Below, piece by piece: positions 54,430 through 64,000 of a stretch of 64,000 nucleotides of DNA. Below the pieces are notes generated by a model. The model had not been told where the DNA came from, searched no databases, and saw only the letters and a list, made by a program, of their open reading frames with translations. Each line of letters opens with the position of its first letter. Within the stretch, counting starts at the first letter, position 1. Both the position numbers and the translations under genes were made by a program. The stretch comes from Macrostomum lignano. Its lineage: Eukaryota. The stretch covers positions 434,001 through 498,000 of the forward strand of contig NIVC01000629.1 of the NCBI GenBank assembly GCA_002269645.1, given 5' to 3'.

Positions 54430-54915
54430 GTCTGTCTGTCTCTCTCTCTCCATGAATCTGATCTTCTCCCACCCCTGAATCTCTTGTGTTTTCTTCTCTC
54501 CCCTGAATCTCATCTCCTCTCCTCTCCCCCTGAATCTCATCTCCTCTCCTCTCCCCTGAATCTCATCTCCTCTCCTCTCCCCCTGAATCTCATCTCCTCT
54601 CCTCTCCCCTGAATCTCATCTCCTCTTCTCTCTCCTCCCTAAATCTCATCTTATCTTCTCTCTCCTCCGAGTCTCATCTCATCTCCTTTTTCCTTTGAAT
54701 CCCATCTTCTCTCATCTCATCTCCGATCCCCTAAATCTCATCTCATCTCCTCTCCCCCTAAATCTCATCTCATCTTCTCTCTCCCCAAAAATCTCATCTC
54801 ATCTTTTCTCTCCCCTGATCCCCTGAATGTCATCTCATCTCTCTCCGCCTAATCTTACCTCCTCTCCTCTCACCCTTGATTCCCATCTCTCAATTCTCAT
54901 CACTGAATCCCGTCT
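54430..54915. repeat. Degenerate pyrimidine-rich minisatellite (CCCTGAATCTCATCTCCTCTC)
   Basis: Direct reading. Confidence 0.88.
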
Positions 54916-55494
54916 CTCATCTCAGCCTTACTTCCCAAGAATGCCATCACCGCAGACTCCCAGCCGGACAGAATTGCTCCCAACCCAATGGAATCTGGAA
55001 AAATCTATCATCACGCAGATGAGGATTGCTCGGCCGGGTGACGAGCTGCCTGCCACCTCCAGCGCCGGGGCCCAAGAGGCTGGGAGTCACTTCAGTTCAA
55101 CTGCCGGTCGTCGGCAGATGTTTCCTGCCAGCGCTAATCCCCGCCTATTCCCAGACAATTTCGACAGCCTATTTTCTGGGTTGGGTGGATGTTCGGGATT
55201 CCAGAATGTGAAGCTCCTTCGCATGTCTCCGCCCCCTGTCCCTGCTCACAGCGAGTCCTCAACTTCATCCCCAGATTGTCTGAAGCAGGATCTCAGCTTT
55301 ATCTAATAGGAATTCTCTAGAATGAATCTTCTGCAGATTCAGTTGGGATCAATAGTAGTTGAACTTGGTGACCCTGTTGAATGTGTAGCAACGGTTTAGT
55401 TACCTTACGGATGTGGACAATGGATCGCATATTTGAAGAAGGGAAGAAGGAGAGATGAGAGGGTAGAGGGGAGAGGGTGGATGTGTCAGAGAAA

Positions 55495-56310
55495 GGGTGA
55501 GTAGATGTGTCAAAGCAGGGGTGAGTAGATGTGTCAAAGCAAGGGTGAGTAGATGTGTCAGAGCAGGGGTGAGTAGATGTGTCAAAGCAAGTAGATGTGT
55601 CAGAGCAGGGGTGAGTAGATGTGTCAGAGCAGGGGTGAGTAGATGTGTCAGAGCAGGGGTGAGTAGATGTGTCAGAGCAGGGGTGAGTAGATGTGTCAGA
55701 GCAGGGGTGAGTAGATGTGTCAGAGCAGGGGTGAGTAGATGTGTCAAAGCAGGGGTGAGTAGATGTGTCAGAGCAGGGGTGAGTAGATGTGTCAAAGCAA
55801 GGGTGAGTAGATGTGTCAGAGCAGGGGTGAGTAGATGTGTCAAAGCAGGGGTGAGTAGATGTGTCAGAGCAGGGGTGAGTAGATGTGTCAAAGCAAGGGT
55901 GAGTAGATGTGTCAGAGCAGGGTGAGTAGATGTGTCAAAGCAAGTAGATGTGTCAGAGCAGGGGTGAGTAGATGTGTCAAAGCAAGGGTGAGTAGATGTG
56001 TCAGAGCAGGGGTGAGTAGATGTGTCAAAGCAAGGGTGAGTAGATGTGTCAGAGCAGGGGTGAGTAGATGTGTCAAAGCAAGGGTGAGTAGATGTGTCAG
56101 AGCAGGGGTGAGTAGATGTGTCAAAGCAGGGGTGAGAAGATAGAGAGTGGATGTGTCAGAGCAGGGGTGAGAGGGAGATAGTGGATGTGTCAGAGCAGGG
56201 GTCAGAGGGAGATAGTGGATGTGTCAGAGCAGGGGTGAGAGGGAGATAGTGGATGTGTCAGAGCAGGGGTGAGAGGGAGATAGTGGATGTGTGAGAGCAG
56301 GGGTGAGAGG
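55495..56310. repeat. 24-bp minisatellite (GTGAGTAGATGTGTCAGAGCAGGG)
   Basis: 8-aa periodicity VSRCVRAG. Confidence 0.96.
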
Positions 56311-56934
56311 AGAGAAGAGACGCTCCTATACTTGAGCAGGCAAGCTCACAGGCCGAGAGCATTGCAAATGACACGACTCTGACAACCCTGAGGCTGCAAC
56401 ATCTCGAAGCAAGCTGCCTACAATAGCCGAGAGCAGTTTCAATTTGATTAAAATAAAGTTTTTTTCACTCCCAGTTGGATAAAATAGTGTGGCTGATACA
56501 GGAATGCCCTTAGCCCGGGAGTTGCTCGCACTGGTTCCTTCCTGCCCACCCTCCGCCCGCTCCTTGCTCGGCAAACAATGGCTGTTGGCTCTGGGAGGGG
56601 GGGGGTTGCAGTCCAAGCAGACCGACTGCTTGGCAGCAGCGTTGAACCGCAGTTGTTGCGTGCAGTGTTTCGTTTCTGAGGCCTCTGTTGGACAAGCATG
56701 ACAGCCGGGAGTGCAAACACTGGGGGGGGGGCTGGCTACCTTACTCACTTTACTCGCCTTTGAGCTCATATATCCAAGCAATGTTGCCAAACTAAGGGCG
56801 TACGTGTACTTGATGCATAGAAGGAGAAGTTAAATAATGAGTTCAGGCTGGTTCGGCAGATAACTTTGGCTATTTTATTGACCCGATTTTATAAATCAAA
56901 GTTTAAATCTTTAACGCTTCTTTAAATTTTAAAT

Positions 56935-57170
56935 GGATTTAAAAATGGCGCCGATTTAATTTAAAGAATTGCGCTAATTTGATTTAAAGAATTGCGCTAA
57001 TTTGATCTAAAGAATGGCACCAATTTAATTTAAAGAATGGCGCCAATTTGATTTGAAGAATGGCGCCAATTTGATTTGAAAAATGCTCCGATTTAATTAA
57101 ACTGGGCGCCGATCTACCTGGATTTGGCGCCGATCTACAAAGACTGGGTGCCGATCTATAAAGGTTGGGC
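56935..57170. repeat. Degenerate repeat of about 23 bp (AAAGAATGGCGCCRATTTRATTT)
   Basis: GGCGCC-centred units, decaying rightwards. Confidence 0.8.
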
Positions 57171-57971
57171 GCCAACTTCTGCCTGATGGAACCGGATCTG
57201 TTTGCCAATTAGTCTCTGTCAGGACCGCCTGACTTTCATGGGGATGATGGGGCAATCAGTGAGTGAGGAAAAATACAATTAGAGAACAGAAGAGGAGAGT
57301 CCAGGCGGGATACAGATATCGAGATTATCTGACCGGCAATTATCAGTTGCCGCATCGGCTTCAGCCTCGTGGACGCCAATTCTTATCTATTGTGCAGAAA
57401 TTCCGCGCTACAAAAGCGATGACAAGGTCCCACCTGGTAACAAAGCATCAGCGGGGGGGCTCTGCGCAGACAATTTTGGAGGTGACTAAGACGCTACGAG
57501 ATCCTCAGCAATGACTTGATGGTCAAAAAAGTATCTGTTGCTTCTCTGCTGCGTGTGTCTAGAATTCTTACATCAATTAACACTGCGCAGGAATTCAGGT
57601 ATAAGGGATCTGAGAGAGGGGATTAGAGAAAGGGGGAAAGGTCGGAGGCCGGCGCCCCGCACGGCTAATGTGGGATAATCTTCCCAAATCTGAATCCTCT
57701 CTTAAAGAATTCCACGCAACTGGGCATCAGCTGCTGCCGTTGTTCAAATTCCATAAGGCTGCTGCATGCTTTTCACCGCAGATCTGCAAGGCAGTAAGCG
57801 GCTCCACACAAGACAGATTTCAAAGCCTGGGGTACTTTAGGGTACAAGAAGTTGCGGGCTGAATTGGATTTGACAGCAGTAAGATGAGAGTTTTTATACG
57901 AGTAGTATATTATGTATGCGAACAGGCTGCTATGCTTGCAGTCCTGTGAAGTTCTAAATTTTCTATAATTG

Positions 57972-58872
57972 ATAGTTCCCCATCTGTGTTTAGTTCCCCA
58001 TCCTTGATTAGTTCCCCATCTGTGTTTAGTTCCCCACCCTTGATTAGTTCCCCATCCTTGATTAGTTCCCCATCTGTGTTTAGTTCCCCATCCTTGATTA
58101 GTTCCTCACCCTTGATTAGTTCCTCATCTGTGTTTAGTTCCCCATCCTTGATTAGTTCCCCATCTGTGTTTAGTTCCCCATCTGTGTTTAGTTCCCCACC
58201 CTTGATTAGTTCCCCATCCTTGATTAGTTCCCCATCTGTGTTTAGTTCCCCATCCTTGATTAGTTCCTCACCCTTGATTAGTTCCTCATCTGTGTTTAGT
58301 TCCCCATCCTTGATTAGTTCCCCATCTGTGTTTAGTTCCCCATCTGTGTTTAGTTCCCCATCCTTGAGTAGTTCCTCATCTGTGTTTAGTTCCCCATCCT
58401 TGAGTAGTTCCTCATCTGTGTTTAGTTCCCCATCCTTGATTAGTTCCCCACCCTTGATTAGTTCCTCATCTGTGTTTAGTTCCCCATCCTTGATTAGTTC
58501 CCCACCCTTGATTAGCTCCCCATCCTTGATTAGTTCCCCATCCTTGATTAGTTCCCCACCCTTGATTAGTTCCTCATCTGTGTTTAGTTCCCCATCCTTG
58601 ATTAGTTCCCCACCCTTGATTAGCTCCCCATCCTTGATTAGTTCCCCACCCTTGATTAGTTCCCCATCCTTGATTAGTTCCTCATCTGTGTTTAGTTCCC
58701 CATCCTTAATTAGTTCCCCACCCTTGATTAGCTCCCCATACTTGATTAGTTCCCCACCCTTGATTAGCTCCCCATCCTTGATTAGTTCCCCACCCTTGAT
58801 TAGTTCCCCATCCTTGATTAGCTCCCCATCCTTGATTAGTTCCCCATCTGTGTTTAGTTCCCCATCCTTGTT
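57972..58872. repeat. 18-bp minisatellite (TTAGTTCCCCATCCTTGA / TTAGTTCCCCATCTGTGT)
   Basis: About 50 copies of two alternating variants. Confidence 0.97.
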
Positions 58873-59421
58873 AGTAACAAAGTAAAATCCAAAGCTCAAA
58901 AAATGGCAACCCCGCCGTAAAAATTCAGTGTTTTATGGCGTCGCGGCCAGCTCGGGTCACCGACATTTTATACCGACACCCTGCATGCCCAGCCAGTGAT
59001 GCTAGTGGGGAGGGATAATATTAACCCGAGTGGTATGATGCCGAATTTGGTTTTGTTGCCACTTAAGATCCCAGAGGGAGGAAGATTAAAGTATTTGGTA
59101 ACTTACTCTGGTGCTAGCGCTATAGCAAGAGATTAGTACCGTACTACATAACACTGTACGCCTTACAAACTGCTTTTAAGATAAAAAGGTCAGCTGAGGT
59201 CGTCAATTTCACAGAGATCTTTACTAAAACGGCCGCACGGGGAATGCCAATAAATTTGACGACAAATCCATACACTAAAAATGGTCTGTCGGTAGGTATG
59301 TGTGTGATCGATTTAAGAAAAAATTGTCACTTAAACTGTCAATTAAATGAGGCTAACTTTGTTTTTCTTGGAATTCCTAATAGGCTGTAACTTATTTTGT
59401 TACGAACTTCTAAGCTGACAG

Positions 59422-60145
59422 GGAATCACTCAGATGCCAATGGTCATGAGGAATCACTCAGATGCCAATGGTCATGAGGAATCACTCAGATGCAATGGTC
59501 ATGAGGAATCACTCAGATGCCAATGGTCATGAGGAATCACTCAGATGCCAATGGTCATGAGGAATCACTCAGATGCCAATGGTCATGAGGAATCACTCAG
59601 ATGCCAATGGTCATGGGAATCACTCAGATGCTATGCATGGCTCATGGGAATCACTCAGATCAGTGTCAGATGCCAATGGTCATGGGGAATCACTCAGATG
59701 CCAATGGTCATGAGGAATCACTCAGATGCCAATGGTCATGAGGAATCACTCAGATGTCAATGGTCATGAGGAATCACTCAGATGCCAATGGTCATGGAGA
59801 ATCACTCAGATGCCAATGGTCATGGGGAATCACTCAGATGCCAATGGTCATGGGGAATCACTCAGATGCCAATGGTCATGGGGAATCACTCAGATGCCAA
59901 TGGTCATGGGGAATCACTCAGATGCCAATGGTCATGGGGAATCACTCAGATGCCAATGGTCATGGGGAATCACTCAGATGCCAATGGTCATGGGGAATCA
60001 CTCAGATGCCAATGGTCATGGGGAATCACTCAGATGCCAATGGTCATGGGGAATCACTCAGATGCCAATGGTCATGTGGAATCACTCAGATGCCAATGGT
60101 CATGGGGAATCACTCAGATGCTAATGGTCATGGGGAATTACTCAG
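59422..60145. repeat. 28-bp minisatellite (GGAATCACTCAGATGCCAATGGTCATGR)
   Basis: About 25 copies. Confidence 0.97.
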
Positions 60146-61481
60146 CTGCCAAGCATGTGACAAAGGTTTAACATAGAATATCTCATATGAAATGAACTGA
60201 AAGGCAAAGACTGATAGCTAAATTTAATAGAAAAACGTGTTAGAATTGAATTGCTTGTGAAGTGATTTAGCTTTTTTCGTTGTTTTATTTTCATTTTCAC
60301 ATCATTTTAAACTTTAGGCTTTAGAAGATAGCAAATTACTGTAAAAAGAATGAAGTTTCGAGACTGACAGTAAACTGTTATAACTAAATATTTTGCTTGC
60401 TTATCAAACACACCAAAATATGATGAATAATTTAAAGAAGCTTTCATTTCTATAAATTGTAAAAATGGCAAACGTGGAGGTTAAAGAATAGACACAGTAA
60501 AATACTCGTAGAAAACACTTTTTAGAACAAAACTATGAAAATTGAAAATATAAGGTTGAACCAAAACTGAATGAAAATTGTTTTTAAAAAATAAATGTTT
60601 AAAACGGGCCATACTACTTTCAGTAACAAAAATTGAAATTAATGACAAGACTATCGTTTTTTACTCCCGAGTTCTCGATATATACTACTAACTGCAAGCC
60701 AATGCAAACCAGTCCTTAAAGAGTAGTTACTCGTACTACAAATTGAGACAAATGTCAATGCCTCAATTTGTCTATGGCCAAACCCATTCAGTGCTTTGCG
60801 TTCTCTAAGAGTGTTTTTTCGGTGAAGCCTCCTATAGTGTCGAGTTCTTTTCGTATCGTTTCCCAATCTAGTTCAACAAAACCTCCCAATATGAAATTTC
60901 CTCATTCCATTCCATCTTTAGAGCACAACCAAAAGTTTCTATTTTTACGCAAGCTTTATTCAGTCATTTGGGCAACATTCTTCAATCTGTACGAGTACTT
61001 CTAATGCGCAACACAAGAGACAACCTTAATGTGTGAAAATCTCAAGCAGTCACCGAATATTCAACTTGGCACTTTAGGTCAACTTCAGCCTTCGCTCTTT
61101 GATTTTATTTCAGCCTATCTCTTTTTGGCCTGTTTATTAGATAAGTTTTAAGAAATTTCTGCTCGATTGTACATATTTTGACTGCTTTCAATTAGAAGAA
61201 GTACATAAAGAAAAGTGTTATGACTATGCTGTCGAAATAGTATTATGCTTGTATAGTTTAGATTTGAGCTTTGCCCCAATTCCTTACTTCTCCTTCCTGT
61301 CTAAATGGAAATGTTAAATATGGTGTTCTAAAATGGAATGACGCAATTTCAGTTTTCTGTACTACTTAAGTTTTTCAGCTCTCTGTCTGGTCTGGTAATG
61401 TCTGGTAATGATCAAATTAAGAAAAAACTGACTTAATTGCTGTTGTTTAAAACTCGCCTTAACTCGAATACAATACAGCCG

Positions 61482-62062
61482 TCACTGCGTGAACTTTATA
61501 GTCGTGAACACTCGATAGACAGGCAAAATTTGGTCCGGATTCGAAATCACCAGCATATTGGAGTAGTCGGAACTGCTGTCCCTAACTCGGACACAGTCGT
61601 ACTCGGCCGGTTTATTAGGAGGCGGAGGATAATCCACTTCTCGACCTGGCAGCACTCTGCACAGCAACAAGGCATCTCCGTAATCCTTGGAGATATGCGT
61701 GAACTCGGAGAAATAAATGCCTCTACGTAGGCCTGGCGGGTGCACTTGTCCAGACGGAAGTTCTCCTTGAAGATCTGGTCGGCGCTGTTCCTGTTAGTAC
61801 CGTGAAAGGCGTACACCCAGCAATCGCTGTTGTACTTATTGCGAAATTCTTCCTGCTTTGCTTTGAACTTTTGCTCGAGCTGGGCATTTCGATTGACCCA
61901 CACCTCTGTGATGCTGCCCAGCGATTTGATGGTGCCGTCGATTCGCAAGTACTCCGACTGTACGGAGGCAAAGTGAAGAGCTTTGCAGCTGTCGCTGTCC
62001 GTCTTGTACCTGTCTGGCCTGATTTTCAATACGTGATTCTCTGCGCTAGGCGGCAAAGACAT
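61482..62062 (-). CDS. PARP-like ADP-ribosyltransferase catalytic domain (second domain/ORF), 1-nt frameshift at about 61726
   Basis: Joins ORFs 61547-62065 and 61482-61745: VYAFHGT...CTRQAY[G]RGIYFSE...ALLLCRVLPG...NMLVISNPDQILPVYRV*. One extra G in TAC-GT-AGA restores YGRGIYF and a 193-aa ORF from the ATG at 62062. Confidence 0.85.
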
Positions 62063-64000
62063 CACAGCAGTTCTGCAAGGTTTGAATAGTGAATGACGTA
62101 TTGAGGCACGGCTTGACGAGGATCAAAGATCACGTATTCATCAAAGAGGACACCGCCGGTAGATTTGGTGTTGCGCGGAGCGAAGAGCGAATCGTAGCCA
62201 ATCTTTTTTAAATCCGCGTGCGACTTGTACATTTGTGTTGCCGAAGTAACTTTCAAGGTTCGTCCAATAAGCACTTCACAAAGCAGTAGCATGTTCGAGC
62301 CCTTCGTGTAGATCTGCTGGCTGCTCTTAGACGAATTGGTGGCAAAGTAAATTCCAGGACCGTACATTCCAGCCTTGGAAGGCAGTTTAAAGCCGTCAGT
62401 TACAATGCTATGCAGTGCGTTAGCAGAGGTACCATGAAACTTCTTCTCGCTTCGTCGTGGATCAGCCGCGCACTTGGCTTTGAAGTCCAGAAACTGCAGA
62501 GTTAGCTTTGAATTTTCGATTTTCTCTATTTTCGTAATAGCTGGATGCCATCCGTGCTCTGACTGAATGAACTTCATAACTCGATCGTGCACATCAAGGT
62601 ACTCATCGCAGTAATCACCATCGCAGCTTATAGTCTTAACACTTGAAGGTAAGTCTTTCATCGCTCTGATTTTTTTCAGCTCTTCAAAAGCGTTTCTTCG
62701 AATAGCCTGTTGCAGCTCAAGTAGCTGTTTTTTCTCGATTTCTGATTGAATACTGGCACAGACTTTACACTTCTCTGAATTGCACGGCTGATAGCACTGC
62801 AGCAGACATTTGTGACCACATCCCTCTAGCTGCTTGTTGCAAATCTTCTTGCATTTGACTTGACTCTCCGGGATAGAGCATTCGATTTCAGCGGGATGAG
62901 CGCACGGCAGTATAAGCTTGATTTTTACTTGACAAGCGATAGACGCGCAGTCAGCGGAGCAGGTGCCCGGGCAGCTGTGACCGCAAGCAAGTTTACGCTC
63001 GCACTTGGCATCGCACACGAATTGCTGGTCGCTCATGCAGCAGGGTACTTTAATGCTATGCTCACAGTTTGGATATTTAACAGTTGTTTGGACAAAGCAC
63101 GGTTTAAGCTTGCAATCTTCACCGCACTTCAGTGTGCAGGGATGATTACATGGCAGCTTTCGGCTGCACGGTTGCTGACATGTCATTACGTCTCTGTTTT
63201 CGCAACACTGAGTATTGATTGTGTGCCCACAAGGAAATCGGTGCGGAACTTTTTCCTTACACGGACGACTGGAGCAGAGCTCGAAGCACTTCAGAAGACA
63301 TTTGTGACCGCAGTTTAAAAGTCTCTCGCATTTTTCGTGACATTTATAAAAACTATCTGGCATTCCGCACTCCTTCAATATCTCGTGTGAACACTCGGTA
63401 AACTTCATAGAAACTTTCGTCTTGCAGGTTTTCACACCGATTGGCTCACTGCAAAACTTCGTATCATTATGGTTGCACAACGGATGAACGAATGGAACAA
63501 CGACCTTGCAATTGTCGTGCTCTTGATCGTGCGGTGGCTGACAAGGAAGCAAGCACGAATGAATGCCGCAAGACATTTGAATGCCGCAAACCTCCAAGCA
63601 GAATGGCGACATAGTGGGAATTTGATCGAAGCTCTCTGATTGCACGACACTTTGCGCATGATTAGGGCAGCGCAGTGAAATCTTTGATCCGATGCAGTTC
63701 GAGCCCTTCATCGCATCAATTAGAGGTCGCCAGACTTTTCCATTCGGACTGTCGTAGATACAGTCAGCATTGCCAATGAAGACCATGACCAACCTGGCTC
63801 TGGATTGAGCCACGCAGCGTCGATTGAGCGTTTTAAGAAAGCCGATGTTGTTGGAAGGATTCGAGCGAACTAGTGACACGATAACTATGTCATTTTCGTC
63901 ACCTTGATACAGATCGATTGTGAAAATCTTCACGGACAAGTCAGCTTCAGTGACGACAGTGTTGGATTGTTCCGTTGGCGATTCAGTTAACTCTAGATCT
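62062..64000 (-). CDS. ZNFX1-like: ZNFX1-like protein (5'-truncated by the window): SF1/Upf1-like helicase C-terminus, NFX1-type zinc-finger array, PARP catalytic domain
   Basis: The frame is open to the window edge. Helicase motifs V/VI TIDLYQGDENDIVIVSLVRSN and IGFLKTLNRRCVAQSRAR; at least five C-x3-C-x5/6-C-x1/2-H-x-C-x3-C fingers plus intervening half-fingers; then KKFHGTS, AGMYGPGIYFATNSSKS, LLLCEVLIG, FDEYVIFDPRQAVPQYVIHY. Confidence 0.92.
   Translation of the reverse strand, partial: DLELTESPTEQSNTVVTEADLSVKIFTIDLYQGDENDIVIVSLVRSNPSNNIGFLKTLNRRCVAQSRARLVMVFIGNADCIYDSPNGKVWRPLIDAMKGSNCIGSKISLRCPNHAQSVVQSESFDQIPTMSPFCLEVCGIQMSCGIHSCLLPCQPPHDQEHDNCKVVVPFVHPLCNHNDTKFCSEPIGVKTCKTKVSMKFTECSHEILKECGMPDSFYKCHEKCERLLNCGHKCLLKCFELCSSRPCKEKVPHRFPCGHTINTQCCENRDVMTCQQPCSRKLPCNHPCTLKCGEDCKLKPCFVQTTVKYPNCEHSIKVPCCMSDQQFVCDAKCERKLACGHSCPGTCSADCASIACQVKIKLILPCAHPAEIECSIPESQVKCKKICNKQLEGCGHKCLLQCYQPCNSEKCKVCASIQSEIEKKQLLELQQAIRRNAFEELKKIRAMKDLPSSVKTISCDGDYCDEYLDVHDRVMKFIQSEHGWHPAITKIEKIENSKLTLQFLDFKAKCAADPRRSEKKFHGTSANALHSIVTDGFKLPSKAGMYGPGIYFATNSSKSSQQIYTKGSNMLLLCEVLIGRTLKVTSATQMYKSHADLKKIGYDSLFAPRNTKSTGGVLFDEYVIFDPRQAVPQYVIHYSNLAELL

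Noticed and set aside
50221-59421. CTAAGCTGACAG 12-mer preceding two arrays (50221, 59410)
   Set aside because: Only two occurrences, at different distances from the arrays; not distinguishable from chance.
61482-64000. Bacterial contamination or operon reading of the overlapping PARP ORFs
   Set aside because: NFX1 finger arrays on a ZNFX1-type helicase are eukaryotic, and the flanking DNA is continuous with animal genes and repeats.

Overview
Animal (metazoan) genomic DNA, not prokaryotic: it has GT-AG introns, GC-rich exons and roughly 25 kb (about 40%, my estimate) of tandem repeats in more than 30 arrays. The composition would fit a repeat-rich invertebrate such as a free-living flatworm, but the taxon is inference only. 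Genes I can support: a TNFAIP8/TIPE-family gene (minus, about 2.5-3.4 kb); a three-exon secreted, probably GPI-anchored GlpQ-type glycerophosphodiester phosphodiesterase (plus, 15831-18921); a three-exon 7-EC delta-like protocadherin (minus, 20180-25228, one 1-nt frameshift); and at the right edge the 3' part of a ZNFX1-like SF1 helicase/NFX1 zinc-finger gene. That gene ends in a PARP catalytic domain with an intact H-Y-E triad and is followed directly, through a TGATG stop-start overlap, by a second PARP-like domain. Also present are a decayed Penelope-like RT fragment and a near-perfect 15.5-copy 272-bp array embedded in a GATA microsatellite. The strongest candidate for an undescribed system is the helicase-NFX1-PARP(-PARP) locus, a plausible RNA-sensing ADP-ribosylating immune module. 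The 272-bp array and the repeat-filled introns come next. Most long ORFs in the supplied track are repeat artefacts. All family assignments come from motif recognition by eye; no searches were run.
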